Source: Nitrospinaceae bacterium
GTDB lineage: Bacteria; Nitrospinota; Nitrospinia; Nitrospinales; Nitrospinaceae
NCBI GenBank assembly: GCA_965223665.1
Contig: OZ245011.1
Location: 1,248,001 to 1,312,000 of the forward strand
Reading direction: 5' to 3'
DNA: 64,000 nt
Under the pieces are notes generated by a model. That model saw nothing but the letters and a program-made list of their open reading frames with translations, ran no database searches and was not told the DNA's origin. Shown piece after piece: positions 31,623 to 42,194 of this stretch. Numbering within the stretch: position 1 is the stretch's first letter; every line of letters begins with the position of its first letter. The translations under genes and the position numbers were made by a program.

Positions 31623-32861
31623 ATGGGTTTTGTAAAAGGATTACGTTGTAAAGAATGCGGAAAAAATTATGAAAAACTTCCCATTCATGTTTGTGAATAT
31701 TGCTTTGGTCCCCTGGAAGTGGATTACGATTATGAAGGTATTAAGAAAGTAATTAGTCGTAAGTCCATTGAATCAGGTCCGCCCTCTATGTGGCGTTACA
31801 AAGAATTAATGCCAATAGATGAAGAACCTAAAGTTGGGCTTCATACTGGATATACCCCACTGGTCAAAGCTAAAAACTTAGGTAAAGCATTAGGTCTCAA
31901 TAATCTTTATCTGAAAAATGATTCAGTAAATCACCCCACCTTCTCCTTCAAAGATCGTGTGGTGGCAGTTGCAGTCTCAAAAACGCTAGAGTTTGGCTTT
32001 GAAACTGTTTCTTGTGCTTCAACCGGAAACTTAGCGAATTCTGTAGCTGCTCATGCAGCTGAAGCTGGGCTCAAAAGTTGTATCTTTATCCCAGACGGTT
32101 TAGAGTCCGGAAAAATTCTTGGAACCTTGGTATATGGATCACAATTAATCGCAGTAAATGGAAGCTATGATGATGTAAATCGTTTGTGTAGCGAAATAGC
32201 CACTACACACCAATGGGCTTTCGTGAATATTAATATCCGAGCCTATTATGGTGATGGTTCAAGATCTTATGGTTACGAAATTGCTGAGCAATTGGGTTGG
32301 AAAGCCCCGGATAATGTAATTGTTCCGGTTGCAGGAAGTTCATTAATCACTAAAATCTATAAAGCACTTCATGAGTTTCAAGATTTAGATTTAATTGATA
32401 ATGTAAAAACCCGAATATTTGCTGCGCAGGCATCAGGGTGTTCCCCAGTAACTACTGCAATTAAAAATGGCTCCGACACAATAAAACCAGTCAAACCTAA
32501 TACCATTGCAAAATCTATTGCAATTGGAAATCCCGCTGATGGATATTATGGGATTAAAACTGCCAAGGAAAGTAATGGTTGGGGAGAAGATGTCTCGGAT
32601 AAAGAAGTGGTCGAGGCAATGAAACTTTTAGCAGAAACCGAAGGTATTTTTACTGAAACTGCTGGTGGCGTTACAGTCGGGGTGACTCGAAAATTGGTCG
32701 AACAAGGTCGGATTAAGCCGGATGAATTGACGGTTATTTGTATCACAGGAAATGGGTTAAAAACTTTAGAGGCACTTGAGGGCCAATACTCCCAAACTGC
32801 GGTCATTCAACCCAACATCCAAAGCTTTGAAGAAATTTTTGCGAATAGTATAACGGTATAA
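31623..32861 (+). CDS. thrC: Threonine synthase (or thrC-like PLP enzyme)
   Basis: N-terminal CxxC..CxxC, PTFSFKDR, CASTGNLA, TIAKSIAIGNP, ITGNGLK. Confidence 0.85.
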   Translation: MGFVKGLRCKECGKNYEKLPIHVCEYCFGPLEVDYDYEGIKKVISRKSIESGPPSMWRYKELMPIDEEPKVGLHTGYTPLVKAKNLGKALGLNNLYLKNDSVNHPTFSFKDRVVAVAVSKTLEFGFETVSCASTGNLANSVAAHAAEAGLKSCIFIPDGLESGKILGTLVYGSQLIAVNGSYDDVNRLCSEIATTHQWAFVNINIRAYYGDGSRSYGYEIAEQLGWKAPDNVIVPVAGSSLITKIYKALHEFQDLDLIDNVKTRIFAAQASGCSPVTTAIKNGSDTIKPVKPNTIAKSIAIGNPADGYYGIKTAKESNGWGEDVSDKEVVEAMKLLAETEGIFTETAGGVTVGVTRKLVEQGRIKPDELTVICITGNGLKTLEALEGQYSQTAVIQPNIQSFEEIFANSITV

Positions 32862-32877
32862 CTAAAGGAGATGTTTC

Positions 32878-33159
32878 ATGGCAGTAAAAGTAAGAATTCC
32901 TACCCCTTTAATGAAACTGACCGATAACCAAAGCGAGGTTATGGCAGAGGGAAATACAGTAGCAGAACTACTAAACAACCTGGAAGCTCAATTTTCTGGA
33001 ATAAAAGATCGCATATGTGAGGAAAACGGAACTCCCCGACGTTTTATTAATATTTACCTTAATGAAGAAGATATCCGGTTTCTGGATGGAGAAAAAACTT
33101 CAGTTAAAGATGGCGATGAAGTTTCGATCATTCCTGCCATTGCCGGGGGTATTTACTAA
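32878..33159 (+). CDS. MoaD/ThiS/CysO ubiquitin-like sulfur carrier protein
   Basis: VRIPTPL, FINIYLNEEDIR, C-terminal PAIAGG-IY. Confidence 0.92.
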   Translation: MAVKVRIPTPLMKLTDNQSEVMAEGNTVAELLNNLEAQFSGIKDRICEENGTPRRFINIYLNEEDIRFLDGEKTSVKDGDEVSIIPAIAGGIY

Positions 33160-33164
33160 GAGTT

Positions 33165-33965
33165 ATGGATTTTTCAGACGAGCAAATTGAAAGATATAGT
33201 CGACACATTATTCTTCCAGAAGTAGGAGGAGTTGGCCAGGCAAAATTGTTAGAAGCTCGCGTATTAATGATTGGCGCAGGAGGCCTTGGATCTCCAGCTG
33301 CATATTACTTGGCAGCCGCAGGAGTGGGCAATTTAGGAATAGTTGACTTTGATCGTGTAGACCTTAGCAATTTACAGCGTCAAATTATTCATAATACAGA
33401 GCGGATAGGTATGCTTAAGACAGAATCCGCAAAAAAAACAATTGAAGCACTCAACCCAGATGTGAAAGTGACTGTTTTTAATGAACGCATCTCCTCCCAA
33501 AATATAAAAATACTATTTGAAAACTATGATTATATTGTTGATGGAACTGATAATTTTGCAACAAGGTATTTAATTAATGATGCTTGTATCATGATGGGAA
33601 AAACCAATATCCATGGGAGTATTTTCCGTTTTGAAGGACAAGCCACCATTTTTAAGCCAAAAGAAGGACCCTGCTATAGATGCTTATACCCTGAACCCCC
33701 TCCCCCCGGGTTGGTTCCAAATTGTCAGGAGGGTGGAGTCTTAGGTGTATTGGCCGGTATTTTAGGAAATATTCAAGCTGTTGAAACTTTAAAATTAATT
33801 CTAGGAATTGGTGAGCCTATTGTGGGTCGTTTACTCATTTATGATGCTCTAAAAACTGAATTTCGGAAACTAAAATTAAAACGTGATGAGAACTGTCCTG
33901 TATGCGGCGACAAGCCTACAATCACAGAATTAATTGATTATGAAGAATTTTGTGGGACCGCTTAA
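33165..33965 (+). CDS. moeB: MoeB/ThiF family adenylyltransferase (no rhodanese domain)
   Basis: RYSRH, GAGGLG, SNLQRQ, DGTDNF, CYRC, NCQEGGVLG, CPVC. Confidence 0.9.
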   Translation: MDFSDEQIERYSRHIILPEVGGVGQAKLLEARVLMIGAGGLGSPAAYYLAAAGVGNLGIVDFDRVDLSNLQRQIIHNTERIGMLKTESAKKTIEALNPDVKVTVFNERISSQNIKILFENYDYIVDGTDNFATRYLINDACIMMGKTNIHGSIFRFEGQATIFKPKEGPCYRCLYPEPPPPGLVPNCQEGGVLGVLAGILGNIQAVETLKLILGIGEPIVGRLLIYDALKTEFRKLKLKRDENCPVCGDKPTITELIDYEEFCGTA

Positions 33966-34023
33966 GTATTGCTAATTTAAAAAAATCAGAAACGCCTTTT
34001 AGCGTTTTGAATCTAATATTTGT

Positions 34024-35037
34024 ATGTCAAAAGTAAAGGTTAACATCCATCCTGAAGAACATTTAACACCGGCTTGCCCGGTCATTATCAATTCGTCTGT
34101 TCTTCGAAAAATAGGGAATACACCTATTATTAAAATAAAAAATTTGGCAAAAGACTTCCCCAATGTTGAAATTTATGCCAAAGCCGAATGGCGGAATGCC
34201 GGTGGATCGGTAAAGGCAAGACCCGCTCTTCAAATGATAGAGGACGGGGAAAAATCGGGTGCTCTAACAAAAGACAAAATTATTTTGGACTCCACCTCAG
34301 GAAATACGGGTGTAGCCTATGCTCTTATAGGAAAAATCAAAGGCTATCGCGTAAAACTCGTAATGGCCGCTAACGTTTGTAAAGAACGCAAAGGATTAAT
34401 GGCAGATTATTACGGGGCGGAAATTGTCACCTCTAGCCCATTTGAAGGTTCAGATGGAGCTATTCGTTTGGCACGCAAAATTTATGAAGAAAATCCTGAA
34501 AAATACTTTATGCCGGATCAATATAACAATGATTCAAATTGGCGATCTCATTATTTAAATACCTCCCAAGAAATTTGGAAACAAACGGACGGTAAAATCA
34601 CTCACTTTTGTGCAGGCATTGGCACAGGAGGGACCATAATGGGAAATACCCGAGGATTTCGAGAACTCAATCCTAATATTAAATGTTTCGCTATTGAGCC
34701 CTTAGAAGAATTACATGGTATAGAAGGTCTCAAACACATGGCTTCTTCAATTGTTCCGGGAATTTATGATGAAAACTTTTTGGATGGCAAAATCAGCGTA
34801 ACAACAGAAGATGCATACCAAATGGTAGAAAAATTAGAAAAAGAAGAAGGAATTTTAGTGGGACATTCTTCAGCAGCGGCCATGGTAGGGGCTTTGGAAC
34901 TGGCTAAACAAATTGATAGTGGAGTCATCGTCACAGTATTTCCTGACAGTTGTGATACCTGTTATATCAACTTTGGGAAATTTAAAGAATATTTCGAATC
35001 ACAAAATACTACAACCATTCCTAAGGCAGATTCTTAA
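34024..35037 (+). CDS. cysM: PLP-dependent cysteine synthase family protein (CysM-like)
   Basis: IGNTP, AGGSVKARPA, STSGNTG, GIGTGGT, HGIEGLK. Confidence 0.75.
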   Translation: MSKVKVNIHPEEHLTPACPVIINSSVLRKIGNTPIIKIKNLAKDFPNVEIYAKAEWRNAGGSVKARPALQMIEDGEKSGALTKDKIILDSTSGNTGVAYALIGKIKGYRVKLVMAANVCKERKGLMADYYGAEIVTSSPFEGSDGAIRLARKIYEENPEKYFMPDQYNNDSNWRSHYLNTSQEIWKQTDGKITHFCAGIGTGGTIMGNTRGFRELNPNIKCFAIEPLEELHGIEGLKHMASSIVPGIYDENFLDGKISVTTEDAYQMVEKLEKEEGILVGHSSAAAMVGALELAKQIDSGVIVTVFPDSCDTCYINFGKFKEYFESQNTTTIPKADS

Positions 35038-35088
35038 ACTTAATTCTTCAATTAAAATCAAAAGTTCTTCAATAATATCCAATTAAAA

Positions 35089-35412
35089 ATGGCTAGATTT
35101 CAAAAACACCTTTTCATTTGTAATAATCAAAGGAAAGAAGATGATCCAAGAGGGTGTTGTTCTTCACGTGGATCTATGAACCTTTTGGACTATATCAAGA
35201 AACGCGTTCATGAAAGCGGCTTAAAAGGGAAAGTCAGAGTGAATAAAGCCGGATGTTTGGACGCGTGCCAATACGGACCTACTCTTGTAGTTTATCCTGA
35301 GGATGTCTGGTATGCCCCCCGCACCCAGGAAGATATGGAAGAAATCTTTACGGAACATATTCAGAATGACCGACCCGTGGACCGATTAAAAATTCTTTTT
35401 AAAAAGAAATAA
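35089..35412 (+). CDS. Thioredoxin-like [2Fe-2S] ferredoxin
   Basis: HLFIC...RGCC...GCLDACQYGP..VVYPEDVWY. Confidence 0.9.
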   Translation: MARFQKHLFICNNQRKEDDPRGCCSSRGSMNLLDYIKKRVHESGLKGKVRVNKAGCLDACQYGPTLVVYPEDVWYAPRTQEDMEEIFTEHIQNDRPVDRLKILFKKK

Positions 35413-35421
35413 CCGCATTCA

Positions 35422-36165
35422 TTACAAATTCACTGTTTCTACTTTAACCCTGGCTGTACCCTTATTAAAAAAACCAAGTTTCTTTGCCGCCGCCTGACTT
35501 AAATCAATAATCCTGCGCCCGGAAGACCTGTTATGAACACTTGGGAAAGGCCCTCTGTCATTTACACGAACAACAATCGATCGTCCATTTTCTAAATTTG
35601 TCACCCTGACATTGGTTGGTAGTGGCAAATATTTATGTGCAGCGGTTAGCCCATTAGGATGAAACGCTTCACCGTTTGCAGTCATTTGGCCACCCTTTTG
35701 ACGATAAGTCTCAAAACCATACCAGGATGCTGTTCCTGTTTCCCTATACTTTTGCGCCTTAGCAACTGACATGGGAAAATATTTTTTACCTTTTACAGTA
35801 TAGGGAGAGTTTTTTACACGACCCTGTCGAATGGCTTCTTTGACCGGCAAGCCATCAATTGTTTCAATATCGTCATTGGTCAAGGGCCATTCCAAAGGAG
35901 CCTTAATCACATTAAAAGTAAACTCACCAACTTTATAAGTTACTTTACCCACTTCATAAACAGCTTTAGCCGTTCCTTTACCAACTGCATAAACCCCTTT
36001 TACCGTTCCCTTGACTGTGTTGTAAGTGCCTTTGACAACAGAACATCCGGAAACAAAAACAATACATATAAAAATCCAAATAATTGTTGATCTGACCAGA
36101 CTCAAGGTACCCCCAAAATGAGAACAAAACACATAACCTATTGAAAAATATAGTCTAGTTTTCAT
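35422..36165 (-). CDS. rlpA: RlpA family septal ring lytic transglycosylase lipoprotein
   Basis: VSGC lipobox, GTASWYG, TANGE, TAAH..LP, VRVNDRGPF, IIDLS..AA. Confidence 0.92.
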   Translation of the reverse strand: MKTRLYFSIGYVFCSHFGGTLSLVRSTIIWIFICIVFVSGCSVVKGTYNTVKGTVKGVYAVGKGTAKAVYEVGKVTYKVGEFTFNVIKAPLEWPLTNDDIETIDGLPVKEAIRQGRVKNSPYTVKGKKYFPMSVAKAQKYRETGTASWYGFETYRQKGGQMTANGEAFHPNGLTAAHKYLPLPTNVRVTNLENGRSIVVRVNDRGPFPSVHNRSSGRRIIDLSQAAAKKLGFFNKGTARVKVETVNL

Positions 36166-36200
36166 TTGAGATCAACAGACTTTTTTTATATGGGTAGAAA

Positions 36201-37988
36201 TCATTTAAGGTGCTTACCTTTGGAGAGTTCGACTTGAAGCTTAACCAAATTAAAATATACACCCTTTTGCTTGAGCAGTTCCTCTCGTGTTCCAAACTCT
36301 TGCACTTTACCTTGCTGTAGCACTAAAACTTTATCGACACTTTTTAAAGTAGATAAACGGTGGGCGATAATAATGGAAGTTCTTCCCTTAATTAATTTTT
36401 GCACAGCTTTTTGAATTAATCGCTCTGTCTCTGTATCGACGTTCGAGGTAGCTTCATCTAAAATTAGAATTTTGGGATCGAAAGCCAACGCACGAGCAAA
36501 AGAAAGTAATTGTTTTTGCCCTAAAGAAAGATTATTACCACGCTCGCTTAATTGCTGTTCATATTTCATGGGAAGATTTTCTATGAAATGGTGTGAATTT
36601 ACTGCATGTGCAATTGATTCTACCTCTTCCAAGCCCTGCCTTTGATTTCCTAACCGAATATTGTCCAAAACGTTCCGGGTAAATAAAAACACATCCTGCT
36701 GTACCAGGGCCATTTGTCGACGCAAATCATATTTATTTCCCTCACTTAAAGGAATATCATCAATAAAAATCTTGCCTTTCTGGACATCGTAAAAACGAAA
36801 CAAAGTATTAATTATAGTAGACTTTCCTGACCCAGTAGCTCCAACAATCGCCAGACTTTCTCCCGGTTCTAAAACAAAATTAATTTTTTTCAAAACGTAA
36901 TCATCATTTTTATAAGCAAACCAAACATCTTTAAACTCGACCCTTCCTTTTAATTTGGAAATTTTCACCGGATGGGTTGGATTCGGCAATTCTTCAGGAG
37001 TATCTAACAATTCAAAAATCCTTTCCGAAGAAGCCATTGCAGTTTGAATAATATTAAATTTTTCTGCCATATCCCTGATAGGTTCGAAAAATTTTTGCAA
37101 ATATTGAAGAAATGCGATGAGAACGCCAAGCTGAATTTCCTCTTGAATAAAGCGCCCTCCCCCATACCAAACCACCACTCCAATACCTATTGCGCTAAAA
37201 ACATCGATAGATGGTAGATACACAGAACTATAATGCAAAGAACGCAAATCTTCCTGGAGTTTCTTTTCGTTAATCGTTTTAAATTTTTCAAAATGATCTT
37301 CCTCTTTGTTGAAAAGCTGCACCGTAGACATCCCGGAAAGATTTTCTTCAAGAAAGGTATTAAGTGTCGTCACATGTGCTCTATTCTTCCTTAATGCATC
37401 ACGAGCCCTAGTTCGATAGGCGTTTGTGGCTAAATATAAAAATGGAAATACAAGGCAGACAACTAACATTAGGCGCCAATCCAACCAAGCCAACATAACA
37501 AAAATTCCAACCAGGGTAAAAACATCACTAAAAACTAAAATTAATCCGGAGGTGAGCATCTCATTAAGCACTTCTACATCATTCACGGCACGAGTTACCA
37601 GTTTGCCAATCGGATTGTGATCAAAAAAACGAAAAGACATCTTATGAATATGACTAAACACCTGAGTCCTTAAATCAAACATGACCCTTTGACCAATGAA
37701 CTGCATAATGTAATGTTGAAAGAACTGAAAAACAAATGCCGCTGCTAAAACAGCTAAATAAGTAAGAGCAATTGTATCCAGGCCTTGGTAATTTGAAACT
37801 TTAATGTAATCATCTATAGCAACTTTCGTTAAATATGGTCCGGCAAGATTTAAAATTGCCACACTAAATAATAGAAAAATCGATAAAACTACTAAGCCTT
37901 GGTAGGGTTTAAGATAACTTAAGATCCGTCTGAATAAAGGCCAATCATAGTAACGATCTTCAATAGACTCCTGAGAAAAATTATTCAT
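36201..37988 (-). CDS. ABC exporter TMD-NBD subunit (degenerate site)
   Basis: GATGSGKS, LSLGQKQ, DEATS, AHRL. Confidence 0.92.
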   Translation of the reverse strand: MNNFSQESIEDRYYDWPLFRRILSYLKPYQGLVVLSIFLLFSVAILNLAGPYLTKVAIDDYIKVSNYQGLDTIALTYLAVLAAAFVFQFFQHYIMQFIGQRVMFDLRTQVFSHIHKMSFRFFDHNPIGKLVTRAVNDVEVLNEMLTSGLILVFSDVFTLVGIFVMLAWLDWRLMLVVCLVFPFLYLATNAYRTRARDALRKNRAHVTTLNTFLEENLSGMSTVQLFNKEEDHFEKFKTINEKKLQEDLRSLHYSSVYLPSIDVFSAIGIGVVVWYGGGRFIQEEIQLGVLIAFLQYLQKFFEPIRDMAEKFNIIQTAMASSERIFELLDTPEELPNPTHPVKISKLKGRVEFKDVWFAYKNDDYVLKKINFVLEPGESLAIVGATGSGKSTIINTLFRFYDVQKGKIFIDDIPLSEGNKYDLRRQMALVQQDVFLFTRNVLDNIRLGNQRQGLEEVESIAHAVNSHHFIENLPMKYEQQLSERGNNLSLGQKQLLSFARALAFDPKILILDEATSNVDTETERLIQKAVQKLIKGRTSIIIAHRLSTLKSVDKVLVLQQGKVQEFGTREELLKQKGVYFNLVKLQVELSKGKHLK

Positions 37989-39733
37989 TCTAGAGTGATC
38001 TCCATCTCACGAGCCAGATTCTGATCTTTATAAATTTTTTGGTAAATCCCCTGCTGTAAAATGAGTTCTTGGTGACGACCTTGTTCCACAATTCTTCCCT
38101 TTTCTAATACAACAATATTGTCAACGTAGGGAGTTAATGAAAACCGATGCGTAACCATCAGAGTAGTAATATTTTTAATTTGCGTTTGAATATTGTTTAA
38201 AATAATTTTTTCGGTCTCCACATCAAGACTGGAAAACGCATCATCCAAGATTAAAATTTTTGGTTCTTTTATAAGAGCCCTGGCTAAAGCAATCCGTTGC
38301 TTTTGCCCGCCCGAAAGAGACACACCTCTTTCCCCAACAATTGTTTCAAGCCCTTGAGGCCATCTTTCCAAATCGGGAATCAAGTGCGCACATTGAACCA
38401 CATTTTGAATTTTTTCTTCATCAACACTTGCGCTTCCCATAGCAATATTTTCCCGAATTGTTGCAGAGAATAGAAATGGTTCTTGATCTACATAACCTAT
38501 TTCCTTCCTTAACAGGGAAAGGGGAATGTTTTCTATTGGTTGATCATCAATTAAAATTTTTCCGTCAGTTAAATCATATATCCTTGGCACAAGTTGAATT
38601 AATGAAGTTTTTCCCGCACCTATCATTCCAATCAATGCTAAAGAAGTCCCTTGGGGAATTTCCAAATTTATATTCTCTAACACCTTTTTCTCATCGTTGG
38701 GATACTGAAAACTCATTTCCTCAAATTTGATTTTTCCTTTAATTTGTATATTTGGACACACGGATTCCGTCGGCTTTAATGTGGACTTACTTTCAAAAAT
38801 TGCCTGAACCCGATCCATCGCAGTTAGCCCTTTTTGTGTGAGGTTTATTACAAACCCTATAGCCATCATTGGCCACGAGAGCATTATTAAATAACTATTA
38901 AATGCAACAAAAGAACCTAATGAAATTTCACCGGAAATAACCTCCTTTCCTCCTATCCAAAGAGAAATCATTGCAGCAATTCCTGTTGTGATTACTAATG
39001 ACGGTGTAAAAAGACCAAAAAGACGAGCCAAACTCATATTTTTCTCAATATGCTTTTGATTGAGATCATCAAATTTCTTTATTTCATTTTGCTCTTGAAC
39101 AAAGGCATGAAGCACTCGAATTCCTGCAAGATTCTCCTGAACCATACTGGTAATTTTTGCTAAATGCTCTTGTATGGCTTTATGACGCAGGCTAATTCGA
39201 CGGATAAACATAAAAAATAAAATAGAAACGAAAGGAAGGGGAATCATTGAATAAAGTGTTAATTTAGGATTTATGTAAAACATCATCGAAACCCCAGCTA
39301 CAATGACTACTAAAGCATCGACTATAATTAACAGATTAAGTCCCCAAAACTCCTTCACGGCACGCAGATCATTGGTAGAACGTGAAATCAGGTCACCCAT
39401 TTGGTGATTTTGAAAAAACGTTTGGTCCAACTTTTGAAAATGTGAAAAGAGTTTATTCAAAATGTCCACTTCAATTTTTCTAGAGGGTCCAAAAAGATAT
39501 TTTCGCCAACCAAAACGGGCAATTCCTTGACCCACCGATGCTAGAAATAACCAACCTGCATATTGGATGAGAATAGAACTGGAAGGTTTGTCAGGAAGCA
39601 AATCAATGACGTTTTTGACCAACCAGGGAATGAGAAGACCTAAAGCATCGGTAAATAGGAGGGCAATAATCCCAATTAAGATTTCCCAACGGTACGCTAG
39701 AAAAAATGGTATGAATGGTCGGAGTCGATCCAT
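37985..39733 (-). CDS. ABC exporter TMD-NBD subunit, heterodimer partner
   Basis: GMIGAGKT, LSGGQKQR, LDDAFS (Walker B E to D), ATGA overlap with partner gene. Confidence 0.92.
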   Translation of the reverse strand: MDRLRPFIPFFLAYRWEILIGIIALLFTDALGLLIPWLVKNVIDLLPDKPSSSILIQYAGWLFLASVGQGIARFGWRKYLFGPSRKIEVDILNKLFSHFQKLDQTFFQNHQMGDLISRSTNDLRAVKEFWGLNLLIIVDALVVIVAGVSMMFYINPKLTLYSMIPLPFVSILFFMFIRRISLRHKAIQEHLAKITSMVQENLAGIRVLHAFVQEQNEIKKFDDLNQKHIEKNMSLARLFGLFTPSLVITTGIAAMISLWIGGKEVISGEISLGSFVAFNSYLIMLSWPMMAIGFVINLTQKGLTAMDRVQAIFESKSTLKPTESVCPNIQIKGKIKFEEMSFQYPNDEKKVLENINLEIPQGTSLALIGMIGAGKTSLIQLVPRIYDLTDGKILIDDQPIENIPLSLLRKEIGYVDQEPFLFSATIRENIAMGSASVDEEKIQNVVQCAHLIPDLERWPQGLETIVGERGVSLSGGQKQRIALARALIKEPKILILDDAFSSLDVETEKIILNNIQTQIKNITTLMVTHRFSLTPYVDNIVVLEKGRIVEQGRHQELILQQGIYQKIYKDQNLAREMEITLE

Positions 39734-39778
39734 GAAAACAACGCAAATAACTTTAAGAGAAGGTTAAATAAAAAAATT

Positions 39779-40504
39779 TCAAACCAGCTCCATAGATAGA
39801 AACATCACTAACAACCCGAATGAAAGGCAAATCAAATTATTATATTTCTTCTCATCTTGTTCGTGAACGGTGGGAAGTAAATCTCCAATTGAAATATACA
39901 GAAAAGTTCCTGCGGAAATACCTAAAGCAAAACCAACGGGATAATTATTTAATTTATCCAAAACAGTCATTGAGATTAAAGCACCAAGGGGAGTTGCAAG
40001 AGAAAACAAAAACATGGATGATAGGATCTTTTCCCGAGAGTATTCACCACCTTTCACAAGAATACTACTTAAAGCTAATGCCGCAGGAAATTTGTGGATG
40101 GTGACAGCTATTAAAATAACCAGACTCAGATTAAATACATTGGCTGCCCCAATTGCCAGTCCATCTAAAAGACTATGAAATCCAATTCCCACATAGGCAG
40201 CCAAACCAATCTTATGGTAATCACAGGCCCCTTCTTCACAAGGGTGTACCATTATAAATTTTTCCATGACATAAATACCCAGAAACCCTAACATCACAGG
40301 GAAACCCATCTCTTTCCCAAGTATGGGAGATATTTCCGGAACCATGTGAAAAAAAACCGCTCCTAACAAAATACCAGCGCAAAAACTTATTAACATACGA
40401 AAGGTATTTTGAGACCAGGTTTTAACGGTAGGAATCCATCCGCCCATAAAGGTAATGGCAAAAATAAAAAATAGAAAAACATAAAGCCAAAAACTGTCTA
40501 GCAC
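39779..40504 (-). CDS. ZIP family metal transporter
   Basis: FHMVPE, HSLLDGLAIG, HKFP, GTFLYI...DLLP. Confidence 0.9.
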   Translation of the reverse strand: MLDSFWLYVFLFFIFAITFMGGWIPTVKTWSQNTFRMLISFCAGILLGAVFFHMVPEISPILGKEMGFPVMLGFLGIYVMEKFIMVHPCEEGACDYHKIGLAAYVGIGFHSLLDGLAIGAANVFNLSLVILIAVTIHKFPAALALSSILVKGGEYSREKILSSMFLFSLATPLGALISMTVLDKLNNYPVGFALGISAGTFLYISIGDLLPTVHEQDEKKYNNLICLSFGLLVMFLSMELV

Positions 40505-40759
40505 CCTTTACAACCTTTTTTAAAATCAAAATTTAAGCGAATTGGAAGTATATATTAATTACAGGTTTTCCGCCCAATTTTCTCCACTAAACTTGGATGA
40601 TAATTTACACAATTAGATTTTAATTTTCATCAAACTATAACTAAAAAACCCGTTTAAAGCTTTAAATTAAACTGTTACCATAAAGAGAAGTGTAACTTTC
40701 ATCAAAAAACTCTTATTTATCTATAAATTTCAAAATTACAATAAGAAATTTCCCATTCA

Positions 40760-42184
40760 ATGATCAGTGTTATTCTAGCAGGTGGTAGCGGCGAACGATT
40801 TTGGCCTCTTAGTCGTGAAAAATATCCAAAGCAATTACTCCCAATTGCAGGGGAAAAAACTTTAATTCAACAATCTGTTGAACGACTATTAACAATTTCG
40901 AAAATTCAAGATATTTTTGTAGTAACAAATGAGCAACATGCTTTAAAAACGTTACAACAATTGTCCCCTTATAATTTTCTTGCACAAAACCTCTTTGCTG
41001 AACCACTGGGTAGAAACACCACACCCGCCATTGTATGGATGGCGGAGTTTCTAAACAAAAACCCTGAAGAAATCATGGGGGTATTTCCAGCAGATCATTT
41101 AATTCGTGATTTTCCCAACTTTCAAAAAACCATACAAAAAAGCGTGGATACTGCAAAGGAAGGTTCATTAGTTACCATCGGTATTCAACCCGATCGCCCA
41201 GAAACCGGTTACGGTTATATTGAATTGGGAAAATCAATTAACCCCTCCGTTTTTCAGGTAAATAAATTTGTAGAAAAACCCAGCAGGGAAATTGCGAAAA
41301 AGTATATAGCTGATGGCAAACACCTTTGGAACTGCGGAATATTTTTATGGAAAGTTTCCACTATCAGAAAAGAATTAAAACATTGGGTACCGGATATTTT
41401 TAACAATATGAGTACTATTGTTTCAAATATGGAATCCGCTGAAGGAAGATTTAATTATCAAAAATTGAATTCTAAAGGTGTAGAAATTTTTAGGAACCTT
41501 CCTTCACTATCTATTGACTATGGGGTAATGGAGAAATCACAAAACGTCAATGTAGTCTCCACAAATATGGATTGGAGTGATGTCGGTTCCTGGAACGCCT
41601 TGGAGGGTTTATCCACAAAAGATCTGCAGGGCAATATTTTTTCCAAAAATGTCTACCACATAGATTGCAAAGGATCACTAATTAAAGCGGACCAACGATT
41701 AATTGGAGCTATAGGTTTGGAAAATCTTATTGTTGTGGATACCACCGATGCTTTACTTCTTTGCCATAAAGACCGAGCTCAGGATATAAAAAAATTAGTG
41801 GGACAACTAAAGAAGGCTGACAGACAAGAAGCCTATATCCACAGAACAGTTCAGAAACCCTGGGGTTCATATACCGTTCTAGACGAAGGAAAAGGTTTTC
41901 TCCTAAAAAGAATCGAAGTAAATCCGGGTGAAAGTTTAAGTTTACAATCCCATACCCATCGAAGTGAACATTGGTTAGTCGTTGAGGGCGTAGCACACGT
42001 ACAATTAGAAAATGAATCCGTACAATTAGCATCCCCACAGTCTATTGAAATTCCAAAAGGGGCCAAACATCGATTGAGCAATTCTAGCGATACCAAATTA
42101 GTATTAATCGAAACTCAACTTGGCGATATTCTTGATGAAAAAGATATCACCAGATTCGAAGATCAATACGGCAGATCATGCTAA
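40760..42184 (+). CDS. manC: Mannose-1-phosphate guanylyltransferase/mannose-6-phosphate isomerase
   Basis: ILAGGSGERFWPLSR..PKQ, SIDYGVME, WSDVGSW, PWG, LSLQSH.HRSEHW cupin. Confidence 0.95.
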   Translation: MISVILAGGSGERFWPLSREKYPKQLLPIAGEKTLIQQSVERLLTISKIQDIFVVTNEQHALKTLQQLSPYNFLAQNLFAEPLGRNTTPAIVWMAEFLNKNPEEIMGVFPADHLIRDFPNFQKTIQKSVDTAKEGSLVTIGIQPDRPETGYGYIELGKSINPSVFQVNKFVEKPSREIAKKYIADGKHLWNCGIFLWKVSTIRKELKHWVPDIFNNMSTIVSNMESAEGRFNYQKLNSKGVEIFRNLPSLSIDYGVMEKSQNVNVVSTNMDWSDVGSWNALEGLSTKDLQGNIFSKNVYHIDCKGSLIKADQRLIGAIGLENLIVVDTTDALLLCHKDRAQDIKKLVGQLKKADRQEAYIHRTVQKPWGSYTVLDEGKGFLLKRIEVNPGESLSLQSHTHRSEHWLVVEGVAHVQLENESVQLASPQSIEIPKGAKHRLSNSSDTKLVLIETQLGDILDEKDITRFEDQYGRSC

Positions 42185-42194
42185 ACCAATAAGT

